The position numbers were made by a program, and so were the translations under genes. From an uncultured Enterobacteriaceae bacterium (lineage in GTDB: Bacteria > Desulfobacterota > Binatia > Bin18), in the NCBI GenBank assembly GCA_964441775.1, contig CAYTVL010000002.1, positions 169,520 through 233,519 on the forward strand: DNA of 64,000 bases. The letters are read 5' to 3'. Shown in pieces: positions 28,285-38,361 of this stretch. A model generated the notes under the pieces. The model did not search any database. It was not told the DNA's origin and saw nothing but the letters and a program-made list of their open reading frames with translations. How positions within the stretch are numbered: the first letter of the stretch is position 1; every line of letters begins with the position of its first letter.

Positions 28285-29148
28285 ATGGACGATGATGTAC
28301 GGAGCCTGTTGCCCAAACTGGACCTGACGCGGCGGGAGTTTGTAGTGACGGCGTTAGCGGCGGGCTTTGCGCTCGCGGTCCGTCCGGTGTCCGCGCAAAC
28401 AATTTCCACGGATGCAACAGGTTTAGAAGCTGGAGAAGTGAAGATTCCTACTGCCGATGGTCAGATCCCTGCATATCAGGCCATGCCTGCTAGCGGTGGT
28501 CCGTTCCCGGTCGTGTTAGTGGTGCAAGAAATTTTTGGCGTGCATGAACACATTAAAGATATCTGTCGTCGTTTTGCGAAACTTGGCTACTTTGCCGTCG
28601 CGCCTGAACTCTATGCTCGGCAAGGGGACGTGTCGAAAATGACCGACATTCAAGAGATTGTCTCGACTGTGGTGGCGAAAGTTCCCGACGCGCAGGTCAT
28701 ATCCGATCTTGATGCCGCTGTGGCGTGGGCCGAGAAGTCGGGCAAGGGTGAGGTAGGGAAACTCGGCATTACCGGCTTTTGCTGGGGAGGACGGATCGTG
28801 TGGCTCTATGCAGCCCACAGCTCGCGTCTCAAAGCTGGCGTCGCCTGGTATGGACGGTTAGTCGGCGACACGTCGGCGCTGACGCCCAAGAATCCAATTG
28901 ACATTGTTGCCGACCTCAAGGCTCCAGTGCTGGGCCTCTATGGTGCTGCTGATCAAGGGATTCCCACTGATACAGTGAAGACGATGCAGGACGCGCTGCA
29001 CGCCGCCGGCAACCCGTCGCAGATTGTACTGTATCCAGATACGCCGCATGGGTTCAATGCGGATTATCGCTCAAGTTATCGGAAGGAGGCTGCGCAGGAC
29101 GGTTGGAAACGGTTGCAAGCCTGGTTTAAGCAATACGGCGTCGCGTGA
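28285..29148 (+). CDS. Dienelactone hydrolase-family protein, exported (Tat-like signal)
   Basis: [24 protein letters not shown]-terminus, DLH fold with GFCWGG nucleophile motif. AAGGAGGGG Shine-Dalgarno. Confidence 0.75.
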   Translation: MDDDVRSLLPKLDLTRREFVVTALAAGFALAVRPVSAQTISTDATGLEAGEVKIPTADGQIPAYQAMPASGGPFPVVLVVQEIFGVHEHIKDICRRFAKLGYFAVAPELYARQGDVSKMTDIQEIVSTVVAKVPDAQVISDLDAAVAWAEKSGKGEVGKLGITGFCWGGRIVWLYAAHSSRLKAGVAWYGRLVGDTSALTPKNPIDIVADLKAPVLGLYGAADQGIPTDTVKTMQDALHAAGNPSQIVLYPDTPHGFNADYRSSYRKEAAQDGWKRLQAWFKQYGVA

Positions 29149-29188
29149 AACTTGAGTCACGCCGGGAAATGCCGATCTTTTGACTATT

Positions 29189-30274
29189 ATGCGAATGCTC
29201 GTTACTGGTGGGGCGGGGTTCATCGGCGCGAATTTTTTCCAGCTCTTCGTTCCTCGCCACCCTGAATATACGTTTATCAATCTCGATAAATTAACCTACG
29301 CAGCCAACCTTTCCAGCTTGAAAGAAGTGGCGGGTTTGCCGAACTACACGTTCGTGCAAGCCGATATCGCGGACGTGCAAGCCCTGCTGGAGGTCTTCCG
29401 ACGTTATGAGCCCGATGTGGTCGTTCATTTTGCGGCGGAGAGTCATGTGGATCGCAGCATTCTCGGCCCTGCTGCGTTCATCCAGACGAATATTGTCGGA
29501 ACTTTTAATTTGCTGGAGGCGTGCCGGGCGACTTGGAGCCCGGTGACGCGCGGCCAGTTCCATCACGTGAGCACGGACGAGGTCTTCGGCTCTCTGAGTG
29601 AAGATGGATGCTTTACCGAAGAGACTCGATACGACCCCAGCAGCCCCTACTCGGCATCAAAGGCGGCGAGCGATCATCTCGTTCGATCGTATCATCGCAC
29701 CTTTGATCTGCCCATCACCATGACGAATTGCTCGAATAATTACGGCCCGCGTCAGTTTCCCGAGAAACTCATTCCCTTGATGTTGTTAAACGCGCTGGAA
29801 GGGAAACCACTACCCGTGTATGGCGATGGACGCAACGTGCGCGACTGGCTGTACGTTGAAGATCATTGCGAAGCCATTTGGATGGTGTTGCAGAAGGGGC
29901 GCGCAGGCGAAACCTACAACGTGGGCGGCAATTGCCAAAAGAGCAATCTTGAAGTGGTGCGCCTACTCTGCCAGGTCGTGGCGGAAGAGACTGGCCGTTC
30001 GGTGGAGGACTTGGAAAAACTGATCACTTTTGTCCCGGACCGCCCCGGACACGACTTCCGTTACGCCATCGACGCTACGCGCATTCGTTCCGAATTGGGC
30101 TGGACGCCGCAAGAAACTTTTGACTCGGGGCTGCGGAAGACCGTGCGCTGGTATCTGAAGAATGCCGCTTGGGTGGAGGGGGTGCGCACTGGAGCCTATC
30201 GCCGTTGGCTGACCGCGAATTATGAGGCGCGTGACCATCTGTTGCCGAAGCGCAAGGAGGGAGGGGGCGCGTGA
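29189..30274 (+). CDS. rfbB: dTDP-glucose 4,6-dehydratase
   Basis: [16 protein letters not shown], catalytic [26 protein letters not shown] at 29189 chosen over the ORF-track TTG at 29180. Confidence 0.9.
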   Translation: MRMLVTGGAGFIGANFFQLFVPRHPEYTFINLDKLTYAANLSSLKEVAGLPNYTFVQADIADVQALLEVFRRYEPDVVVHFAAESHVDRSILGPAAFIQTNIVGTFNLLEACRATWSPVTRGQFHHVSTDEVFGSLSEDGCFTEETRYDPSSPYSASKAASDHLVRSYHRTFDLPITMTNCSNNYGPRQFPEKLIPLMLLNALEGKPLPVYGDGRNVRDWLYVEDHCEAIWMVLQKGRAGETYNVGGNCQKSNLEVVRLLCQVVAEETGRSVEDLEKLITFVPDRPGHDFRYAIDATRIRSELGWTPQETFDSGLRKTVRWYLKNAAWVEGVRTGAYRRWLTANYEARDHLLPKRKEGGGA

Positions 30275-31164
30275 TCAAAAAAGGCATCATCCTTGCCGGC
30301 GGTTCTGGCTCGCGGCTGTTTCCGCTGACGTATGCGGTCAGTAAACAACTGATGCCGGTCTACGATAAACCCCTCATCTATTATCCCCTGACAACCTTGA
30401 TGTTGGCCGGCATTACCGAAATTCTCGTTATCACGACTCCTCATGACCAACCGTTATTCCAACTGCTATTGCAGGACGGCGCGCAGTGGGGGCTAGAGAT
30501 TTCCTACGCCGTGCAACCGACTCCTGACGGTTTGGCTCAGGCCTTTCTAATTGGCAAAGAGTTTATTGGGCAAGATGGCTGCGTGCTGATTTTGGGGGAC
30601 AACATTTTTTACGGCCAGGGCTTGTCGCAACAACTCCGCCAGGCGGCCTCTCACACGCGGGGTGCGACCGTGTTTGCTTATCGAGTGACGGACCCTGAAC
30701 GTTACGGAGTAGTCGAGTTTAACGCTGAGGGAGGCGCGATTGGTATTGAGGAGAAGCCCCGCGCGCCGCGTTCTTCTTATGCAGTGACTGGGTTGTATTT
30801 TTACGACAACCAGGTGGTGAGTATTGCGGAGAGCTTGTGTCCGTCAGCGCGTGGCGAACTCGAAATTACTGATGTGAATACTCGGTATCTGGAGCAAGAG
30901 CAGTTGCGCGTCGAGAGACTTGGTCGGGGCTTTGCCTGGCTTGATACCGGAACCCCCACGTCACTCTTGCAGGCGGCGAATTTCATCGAGACGATTGAGC
31001 AACGCCAAGGATTAAAAGTCGCCTGTCCCGAAGAGATCGCCTACCGGCTGGGGTTGATCGATGCTGAAGGACTTTCCAAGCTAGCGGAGCCGCTACGAAA
31101 GAGCGGGTATGGTCAGTACCTGTTGAACCTGCTCCGCAATCGAGACGTGCATGAAGGTTTCTGA
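30271..31164 (+). CDS. rfbA: Glucose-1-phosphate thymidylyltransferase
   Basis: [17 protein letters not shown]...[11 protein letters not shown] signature. GTG start overlapping the rfbB stop. Confidence 0.9.
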   Translation: MIKKGIILAGGSGSRLFPLTYAVSKQLMPVYDKPLIYYPLTTLMLAGITEILVITTPHDQPLFQLLLQDGAQWGLEISYAVQPTPDGLAQAFLIGKEFIGQDGCVLILGDNIFYGQGLSQQLRQAASHTRGATVFAYRVTDPERYGVVEFNAEGGAIGIEEKPRAPRSSYAVTGLYFYDNQVVSIAESLCPSARGELEITDVNTRYLEQEQLRVERLGRGFAWLDTGTPTSLLQAANFIETIEQRQGLKVACPEEIAYRLGLIDAEGLSKLAEPLRKSGYGQYLLNLLRNRDVHEGF

Positions 31165-31708
31165 GACCACCTTACCGGGGGTGCTGTTGATCGAGCCCCA
31201 GGTGTTCGCCGACGCCAGAGGACGCTTTATGGAAACCTGGCGACAAGATCGCTACCGCGCTCACGGGCTGCCGACAGAGTTCGTCCAGGATAATTTTTCT
31301 CTTTCGGTACAAGGAACGTTGCGGGGACTCCATTTTCAATATCCGCACGCACAAGGAAAATTGATTCACGTGTTGCACGGCGAAATTTTCGATGTGGCGG
31401 TCGATATTCGTGTGGGGTCCCCGACCTTCGGTCAATGGATTGGCATGACCTTGACGGGAGAGCGGCCTCAGCAGGTATACATTGCAGAAGGATTTGCGCA
31501 TGGATTCTGCGTAACAAGCGAATCTGCGGTGGTCATGTACAAATGCACGGATGTTTACCACCCGCAGAGTGAGAGCGGCATTGTGTGGAACGATGTTGAT
31601 CTCGACATTCCATGGCCTGTGGTCGCTCCCAAACTGTCCCCCAAAGACACGCAACTTCCTCGTTTGCAAGATATCTCCCGCTCACGTCTCCCAGTCTACA
31701 AAAAATAG
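31151..31708 (+). CDS. rfbC: dTDP-4-dehydrorhamnose 3,5-epimerase
   Basis: Cupin-fold RmlC motifs ([18 protein letters not shown]...LRGLHFQ...YHPQSE). Confidence 0.9.
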   Translation: MKVSETTLPGVLLIEPQVFADARGRFMETWRQDRYRAHGLPTEFVQDNFSLSVQGTLRGLHFQYPHAQGKLIHVLHGEIFDVAVDIRVGSPTFGQWIGMTLTGERPQQVYIAEGFAHGFCVTSESAVVMYKCTDVYHPQSESGIVWNDVDLDIPWPVVAPKLSPKDTQLPRLQDISRSRLPVYKK

Positions 31709-31743
31709 ACTGTCGGCGAGAAGATGAGCTGCTCTCCCACCTC

Positions 31744-33228
31744 CTATGACCCTGTCCCCGCCACCACAGCCCAGGCGGTGCGTAAAAGGATTTTGAAATC
31801 AAGCCACAATGACCAGTTGTCAATGTATTCAAGATCCATTCTGACCCAGTCGTCAAAGTTGCTAATTTTATTGCGGCCGCGCACTTGCCACAGACAGGTC
31901 ATGCCAGGCTGGATGCTGAGTTTCCGCTTGTGCCAAAACTCGTAGCGATCGAGTTCGTGACGAAAGGCCGGTCGTGGGCCGACCAGGCTCATGTCCCCTT
32001 TTAATACGCTCCAGAGCTGGGGAAGTTCATTGAGACTGTACTTGCGGAGAAAGCGACCGAGAGGAGTGACCCGGGGATCTTTCTTCATTTTGAAAACCGG
32101 GCCCGTCATTTCGTTGTGATGTTGCAAGTTCGCTTTTTGGTCATCTGCGTCAGCCATCATGGTCGTGAATTTGTACCCGGTAAACTCGGCGCCATTGCGA
32201 CCAACGACGCGCCAGCGGTACAACACCGGCAAGTGCGGCGTCGTCAATTTAATCGCGATGGCGATCAGCGCAAACAGTGGTGAGAGTAAGAGCAGTAGGA
32301 TGAAGGAAACAACGAAGTCGAAAAGGCGCTTGAAAAATATGGCTTCGGAGTCCCAGTGTGGCGGCGCCAGCACAACCGCTGGAAGATGGAGCGGTTCAAG
32401 CAGATACAGCGTCTGTAGTGTCCGACGTTCTGTTAAGAGGGCTTCGGGGACAATGCGGAGTAGCACGCCTAAGGCGTCACAGTCCTGAATCACCTGCGCA
32501 ATCCAATCGCCTCCAGCGACAGGGTGGATGGCCAGAACTTCATGGATCGGTTGGTGGATGAGGAGATCACCTAATTGTTCAACCTCGCCGAGAAGAGGAA
32601 TGGTTGAGAGCTGCGAAAGAGGTCGATCCGCTGGAAGGCGCAAGTAACCAAACAAGCGGTAATCGTTGGAAGGGAGAGAAAGACTCTCGGTAAAATATTT
32701 CACCATCCAGTCGATCGCCGATGGTGAACCGACGAGCGCGATGTTTTTGGCGTAGTAGCCTGCGGCGCGGCGACGAAAAGCATAGAAGCGCAAGGCGATG
32801 CGGTAAACAATCAGGCCGATGCTGCTCAAAATAGCAAAAGAAAAAACGAACAATCGACTCCAGTAGGGGTCCTTGAGAGCGAAGAGCACCAAGGCGACCA
32901 AGCTCAACCCTGCGGCCGGGGCTACCAGTCCTCCAAAAAGAATGCGCGTGTACGACTGATTCAGCGGCGGGATGTGGTTCTTCAGCACGCCCAACACAAG
33001 AATGGTCGTCGGGGAGACAACGAGGAGAATCCAAAGCAACCCTGTGAAGGGAGGCAAGACGCCATTCCAGCCCTCTGGGAGCGAAAGCGCTTCAACCCAG
33101 GGAATGCCTCGTAACAACCCTCCTGGTGCGAGAAACACACTTAAACGCGGCACGAAAAGATACGCGATGAGGAACGCGAGGCAAAGGCTGAGGAGATCAA
33201 AGAACCAAAAGAAACGGCGAGGCACCAT
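31744..33228 (-). CDS. WbaP-type undecaprenyl-phosphate hexose-1-phosphate transferase (initiating sugar transferase)
   Basis: N-terminal TM bundle and C-terminal bacterial sugar transferase domain ([19 protein letters not shown]...[38 protein letters not shown]). ATG at 33228 chosen; the longer ORF adds an Arg-rich non-membrane extension. Confidence 0.8.
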   Translation of the reverse strand: MVPRRFFWFFDLLSLCLAFLIAYLFVPRLSVFLAPGGLLRGIPWVEALSLPEGWNGVLPPFTGLLWILLVVSPTTILVLGVLKNHIPPLNQSYTRILFGGLVAPAAGLSLVALVLFALKDPYWSRLFVFSFAILSSIGLIVYRIALRFYAFRRRAAGYYAKNIALVGSPSAIDWMVKYFTESLSLPSNDYRLFGYLRLPADRPLSQLSTIPLLGEVEQLGDLLIHQPIHEVLAIHPVAGGDWIAQVIQDCDALGVLLRIVPEALLTERRTLQTLYLLEPLHLPAVVLAPPHWDSEAIFFKRLFDFVVSFILLLLLSPLFALIAIAIKLTTPHLPVLYRWRVVGRNGAEFTGYKFTTMMADADDQKANLQHHNEMTGPVFKMKKDPRVTPLGRFLRKYSLNELPQLWSVLKGDMSLVGPRPAFRHELDRYEFWHKRKLSIQPGMTCLWQVRGRNKISNFDDWVRMDLEYIDNWSLWLDFKILLRTAWAVVAGTGS

Positions 33229-33334
33229 AGACTTTCCAATTGTAAATACATGAGGGCAGGAGGGGATGGTCCAGGGCTTTACCCTCTCATGTATCAGAGC
33301 GTTGACACGAGTGTGGCCTATAGAGACAACGAGA

Positions 33335-34102
33335 TCAAGTCGAGCCAGGCGCCTTGACCGTGCGCGCCTTGAGGACCTGCCAGACAAACCAGGTGTTGAC
33401 CACTAAATAGCGTTTCCAATAAGCGCGGAAGTCTTGCGAGAGGCGATACAGCCACTCCAGGCCCTTGCCTCTCATCCACTCTGGCGTGTCAGCTTTCAGG
33501 CCGGCCAACACATCAAAACTTCCCCCTACGCCGATACTGACCGGAACCCCGAGCGTCTGGCGATGGGTGTGAATCCATATTTCTTGTTTGGGCGAACCCA
33601 TTGCCACAAACAAGACATCTGGTTTCGTGCGCTGGATGTCAGTAATGACGTGGGCCTCGGTCTCTGGAGTCGTCAGATAACCATGATGAAAACCGGCCAG
33701 GGAAAGTCGCGGATAATCGCTCTGGAGCTTCTGCGCCAGCGTATGGACGACCTCTGGCTGCGCGCCTAAGAGATAGGGGCGGAGTCCCTTTTGCGCCGCG
33801 TAGGGTATGAAGGCTTGGGCTAGCGTCAGGCCGCCAACATGTTCTAGGGGAGGAAGGCCAAGCTGACGCGCGCCCCACACGACTGCCCACTCGGGAATAA
33901 TAAGGTCTGCAGTGAGAACAATCTCACGCAATCGCTCATCCCGCGCCATGAGAAAGAGTTTGTTAGCGTTGACAACGGCGATCTGCCGTGGTTGTCGGTG
34001 CGCGACTGCGCTCGCCATCCAATCGAGCGCTTGCGACATCGTCAAGCGATCAACTGGACAGTCTAGGAAGAGGAGGCGCTCAGGAGATTGGCTGCTCTCC
34101 AC
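33335..34102 (-). CDS. WecB/TagA/CpsF-family glycosyltransferase (GT26)
   Basis: FLDCPVDRLTMSQALDWM...VVNANKLFLMARDERLREIVLTADLIIPEWAVVWGARQLG. GTG start, so the start is uncertain. Confidence 0.7.
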   Translation of the reverse strand: MESSQSPERLLFLDCPVDRLTMSQALDWMASAVAHRQPRQIAVVNANKLFLMARDERLREIVLTADLIIPEWAVVWGARQLGLPPLEHVGGLTLAQAFIPYAAQKGLRPYLLGAQPEVVHTLAQKLQSDYPRLSLAGFHHGYLTTPETEAHVITDIQRTKPDVLFVAMGSPKQEIWIHTHRQTLGVPVSIGVGGSFDVLAGLKADTPEWMRGKGLEWLYRLSQDFRAYWKRYLVVNTWFVWQVLKARTVKAPGST

Positions 34103-35282
34103 GCGGCGCCTCGATTAAGAGTTCGGTCAGGCCTCGCTGCATCCAGGCTTGCGTCCAGCGCATATAGGGAATGCGGATGCGGTAGGCAGGCAGGACCATG
34201 TAGTCAAAGTAGCCAGCCGGATTTTGCAAATGGTTGATGCCCCAGAGGGCGACGCGTAGCGCCAGGTCCCGGGCCTCAGGGTCTCGATCAGCGAAATCCA
34301 AGAAGGTGAGGATGGCTTGCGCGACACAGTGCGCGTCGAGAGGGTAGGTTTTTTCCAGATAGAACTTGGGCGCGCCATCCGGTAAGAACATGCGCTGTTT
34401 CCACAATATATAACCTCGATGTAAGTGCTCATCAAATTCTGTCGTTTCCAGACAGGCGGCCACATGTTTCAACGCCATTAACACATAGCCAGTGTGGAAA
34501 TTATCCACCCATCCTTCATCCGGACCGTCGCCGTAGGGCCAGGTCCCATCCGGACGTTGACGGCGTGCGGTGTAGCGGGCTGCGGCAAGCGCCGCCTGCG
34601 CCAGTTCCGATTCCGTAGTGCAAGCGAAAACTTCGGCTAAAAGCCAGGCTCCGAGCATGTTTGCATTGTGGACACAACGATAGTCGAGGGGAGTGTAGCT
34701 CAAACACATTTCATCTGCTGCTGGACGGGTAGTGTGGAGGTCGTACAGCATGAAGTCGCAGGCGCTCCGCGCTGTGGCCAAAGCCTCACGCTGCTGCTCT
34801 GAAAAGTTGCAAGAGGAGGGTGAAGTCGCTACATCGACAAACGCCAAGCCAATGAATCCCGTGTTCACTACAGTGGGAGTGCCTGCAGGAGCGAAGAAGC
34901 TACGGTTCGGCCAGTCAAAATTGTACCCCCAACAGGGGCCGTGATAGCCTGGAGAAACATGGGTGCGCAGCCAATCAAAGAAAAAACGGACATGGGCCAG
35001 GTCCTCCGCTTGGCCCATCGAGCAGTATTTCCTCCAGTATGACGCCAGAAAGAGTCCCATGCCTTTGGGATTGTAATCTTTGGCAACCTGGAAGAGTGGG
35101 CGAAAATTGATCGGACTGTATTTGAACAAATGCACCCACAGTTGCCCCAACCGCCGCCTGTTGGCAGTGAGACGTTTGAGCAGAGCGCTATTGAGTGCGT
35201 CAAAAGGGTCCCAGCCCTTGAATCCTTCCTGCTCAATCCAGCGGTCGAGTCGCTCAGCCGCAGCCTGCACCTGGTCTTTCAT
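34080..35282 (-). CDS. Hypothetical protein (Trp/Tyr-rich, possibly alpha/alpha-toroid sugar-modifying fold)
   Basis: 400 aa, no motif I can assign with confidence. It is embedded in the glycan run with ATGA overlap to the upstream oxidoreductase. Confidence 0.35.
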   Translation of the reverse strand: MKDQVQAAAERLDRWIEQEGFKGWDPFDALNSALLKRLTANRRRLGQLWVHLFKYSPINFRPLFQVAKDYNPKGMGLFLASYWRKYCSMGQAEDLAHVRFFFDWLRTHVSPGYHGPCWGYNFDWPNRSFFAPAGTPTVVNTGFIGLAFVDVATSPSSCNFSEQQREALATARSACDFMLYDLHTTRPAADEMCLSYTPLDYRCVHNANMLGAWLLAEVFACTTESELAQAALAAARYTARRQRPDGTWPYGDGPDEGWVDNFHTGYVLMALKHVAACLETTEFDEHLHRGYILWKQRMFLPDGAPKFYLEKTYPLDAHCVAQAILTFLDFADRDPEARDLALRVALWGINHLQNPAGYFDYMVLPAYRIRIPYMRWTQAWMQRGLTELLIEAPRGEQPIS

Positions 35283-37459
35283 GGAAGCTTGACTTGCACT
35301 GGTTGCCCCGTAGCGAGGGCGTCCACAATAGCAAAGGTGGCGGCAGTGGTGACGAGCAATTGTTCAAAGGGAATGGGCGAAGGTGCGCCCTGTTTGACCG
35401 CTTCAACCAACGCCAGCATTTCTGCTCGATGTCCCTTGTCTAACGCTGATTTCTTCACTTGGCGTTTCCCGTTCGAAACCAGGGTTAATCGACGAAAATC
35501 ATCGAGCACGACCGCTCGTCCGCCCCCAAGCACCTCTAGCCGCTCTTTTTCCAAGCCTGGATCGCCGTTGGCGGCATAGGTGATTGTCCCCGCGCTGCCG
35601 TTAGCAAAGCGTAACATGACCGTAAGATTGTCTCGGCTGTAGCGCCCTCCATCTGGTAACGCATACGCATAGACCTCAACCGGGGTGCGCCCCACGATAT
35701 ACATGAGCAGATCGACGAAGTGACAGACTTCTCCCACAATGCGCCCGCCACCCTCTTCGGCATCCTGTGTCCAGTGGCTTCGTGGCACATACCCGGCATT
35801 GACGCGGTAATGCAGTAAGAGGGGCTCTCTCGTGCTGGAAACAAACTCACGGAGTGCGCCTACGAGAGGGGCGAAGCGGCGGTTGAATCCTACCAGGAGA
35901 AAGGGCGCAGTCCGCGCTTGCGTTGCGTGTTGATACGCTGTTGCGACTTGCGCGAGCTGATCAGGTGAGAGCGCCAGGGGTTTTTCTACAAAAACCGCTT
36001 TGCCCGCCGCCAGGGCGCGTGCGGTAAGGTCAGCATGGTTATTGTGACGAGAAGCAATGAGCACCAATTGCACGGTAGGGTCGTTCAGCGCCGGTTCTAT
36101 TTCAGAGGTGCATTGGGTAAAGCCGTTTCGTTCGGCAACTGAACGCGCACTTAAACCACTCGACGTGACAACCGTGTGGAGGTGAATGGCTGGATGGCGA
36201 CTGAGATGAGGCAAAAGCATAGATTGGGCGAAATTGCCGGCGCCAATAAGAGCCAGGCCAATCTTTCCCGCACCGTTCTGTACTGGATGCACCTGAATGG
36301 AAACCTCAGGAGAGAAACTTGTTGCTTCTGTCTGCGGCACGCCATAGTCGAGAAGCACGCCCAGATGGGGCTCTCGGGTTTTTCCTTCAATCAGCGTATA
36401 GGCTTGTTCCGCCTCGGACAAAGTAAAGCGGTGTGTGATCAGTGGCTTAACGTCGATTTTGCGCTGGGCCAAGAGGTCCAGGAAAGCCGCCATATTCCGG
36501 CCTTCTGTCCAGCGCACGTAGCCGATGGGATAGTCATGCCCCTTTTCTTCATGCTCCGGGTCGTACCGACCTGGACCGTAAGAACGAGACAAGCGCACGT
36601 CCAATTCTTTTTCGTAAAACGGTGAGCGAGGAACGTCCATGCCGACCGCGCCGACGACAACAACGCGCCCCCGATCACGAGAGAGTTTTCCTGCTAACAC
36701 AATCGGTTCATTTGACGATGTCGCCGCCGTCAAAATGACCGCATCCAGTCCCGCCGGGCTGAAGCGGGAGGCCAACAGCTCGATCTGAGGATCTGCCGGC
36801 GTGGTCGTGGCGTCTGCGCCGAGCTGTTGGGCCAACGCACAGCGAGCCTCGTTAATGTCCAACCCGATTACTCGACATCCTGCCGCTTTCAGCAATTGGA
36901 CAGTCAGCAAACCCAACAGCCCTAACCCGATCACTCCCGCCGTTTCGCCCAAAGTCGGAGAAGCCTGGCGCACTCCCTGTAAGGCAATGGCTCCGATCGT
37001 GGCAAAGGCGGCTTCTTCCAAGCTCACGCCGTCAGGAACCCGTGCACACAGATTGTGAGGAATGTAGGCGACTTCCGCATGGTTTGCATAATTCGCGCCC
37101 GCGCAGCCCACCCTGTCGCCGACTGTCAGTCCAGTAACACGCGAGCCGACCGCTAGTACCACGCCAGCCGACGAGTAGCCTAACGGACTCAGGGCGTCCA
37201 ATTTGCTGATCACTTTTTGATAGGTCGCCGCTAATCCCAACTGGCGGGCCGTGGCGATCACCTGCCGGACTTGGTCCGGTCGAGCCCACGCTTTCCCCAG
37301 CAAGGTTTTCTTCGCCACTTCAACTTTCGCCCGCTCGGTGCCGGCGCTGATGACTGAGAACGCAGTGCGCACCAGCAGCCCTTCGGGATGAAGCCCTGGA
37401 GGAGGGACATCCACAACTTTCAACTGACCACTTCGCTGGATTTGCGTGACTTGTTTCAT
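35279..37459 (-). CDS. Bi-domain oxidoreductase: N-terminal MDR/zinc-alcohol-dehydrogenase-like domain fused to a C-terminal Gfo/Idh/MocA domain
   Basis: MDR GroES-like and Rossmann region (GETAGVIGLGLLGLLTVQLLKAAGCRVIGLD), then LALIGAGNFAQSMLLPHL Gfo/Idh/MocA Rossmann region. Confidence 0.7.
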   Translation of the reverse strand: MKQVTQIQRSGQLKVVDVPPPGLHPEGLLVRTAFSVISAGTERAKVEVAKKTLLGKAWARPDQVRQVIATARQLGLAATYQKVISKLDALSPLGYSSAGVVLAVGSRVTGLTVGDRVGCAGANYANHAEVAYIPHNLCARVPDGVSLEEAAFATIGAIALQGVRQASPTLGETAGVIGLGLLGLLTVQLLKAAGCRVIGLDINEARCALAQQLGADATTTPADPQIELLASRFSPAGLDAVILTAATSSNEPIVLAGKLSRDRGRVVVVGAVGMDVPRSPFYEKELDVRLSRSYGPGRYDPEHEEKGHDYPIGYVRWTEGRNMAAFLDLLAQRKIDVKPLITHRFTLSEAEQAYTLIEGKTREPHLGVLLDYGVPQTEATSFSPEVSIQVHPVQNGAGKIGLALIGAGNFAQSMLLPHLSRHPAIHLHTVVTSSGLSARSVAERNGFTQCTSEIEPALNDPTVQLVLIASRHNNHADLTARALAAGKAVFVEKPLALSPDQLAQVATAYQHATQARTAPFLLVGFNRRFAPLVGALREFVSSTREPLLLHYRVNAGYVPRSHWTQDAEEGGGRIVGEVCHFVDLLMYIVGRTPVEVYAYALPDGGRYSRDNLTVMLRFANGSAGTITYAANGDPGLEKERLEVLGGGRAVVLDDFRRLTLVSNGKRQVKKSALDKGHRAEMLALVEAVKQGAPSPIPFEQLLVTTAATFAIVDALATGQPVQVKLP

Positions 37460-38361
37460 GAGTTCAGCTTAGTTCCGGATTTGGTTTCCAGCTTGGTTCC
37501 ATAAATGAAGAGATACCACCCCAACTTAGCAGCGAGAAACCGTTCAACTTTGTAAGAAATAATGGGGAACGTATTGTGAATAGGCAAGTGGGCGACCGCA
37601 AAGCGGAGGTTACTGAAGTAGGGGCTGAACATGCGAGTGATTTCCGCCTTTGTGTACGAGTATGCGATGGGACATTCCGGACCATCCGTACAATGATGAG
37701 GGAAATGCTTCGTGGAAAAGTAGCGAGCTCCTATCTTCTTATAATTTTGATAGTGCAGTTCCAGATTGCCTGTGCGTTGCTGGTCCGACAAAAAGGGCCG
37801 CCGCAGTATATACGCCAGCACTTGCAGCCGGAGATAGCCTAAAATTCTGACGTAATAGTTGAAGCTGCGTCGATGATACAGCATGATGAGAATCTCGCCG
37901 TTGGGTTTCAAGACGCGGTGAATCTCTTGCAAAGTGTTGGAGAGATTTTGCGTGTGATGCAGCACTCCATGTGAGTACACGAGGTCGAAGGTCTGATCGC
38001 CGAAGTCCGTCATGTGCTCTGCATTTTGCAGTAAAAAGGAACCGGACAGTCCCAGCGCCTCGAAATGCAGCCGCGTTGCTTCCACGGCGGTGGGGGTCAA
38101 ATCGATGCCGGTATAAATCGCCCCGTTCTGCGCAAAGCGGGAGCCGTCGGCGCCGAGTCCACAGCCGACCTCTAAGACGTGTTTCCCACGGTATTGAGCA
38201 AAGGGAACCAGGTCGCTGAGATGCCACTCGGATTGATAACGAAATTCATCGTAGCGGCGAAAAAACTCGGTAGTCGCAAACGGGGCATTGATAAAATGCG
38301 CCCCGCACGGGTGCGTGTTCCAAAACGTCTGTACCGCTTCAAGGTTTGGTGAGAGAGCCAT
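37456..38361 (-). CDS. Class I SAM-dependent methyltransferase
   Basis: VLEVGCGLGADGSRF motif I, LKPNGEILIM post II. Overlaps the upstream AsnB-like gene end by 23 nt. Confidence 0.7.
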   Translation of the reverse strand: MALSPNLEAVQTFWNTHPCGAHFINAPFATTEFFRRYDEFRYQSEWHLSDLVPFAQYRGKHVLEVGCGLGADGSRFAQNGAIYTGIDLTPTAVEATRLHFEALGLSGSFLLQNAEHMTDFGDQTFDLVYSHGVLHHTQNLSNTLQEIHRVLKPNGEILIMLYHRRSFNYYVRILGYLRLQVLAYILRRPFLSDQQRTGNLELHYQNYKKIGARYFSTKHFPHHCTDGPECPIAYSYTKAEITRMFSPYFSNLRFAVAHLPIHNTFPIISYKVERFLAAKLGWYLFIYGTKLETKSGTKLNS

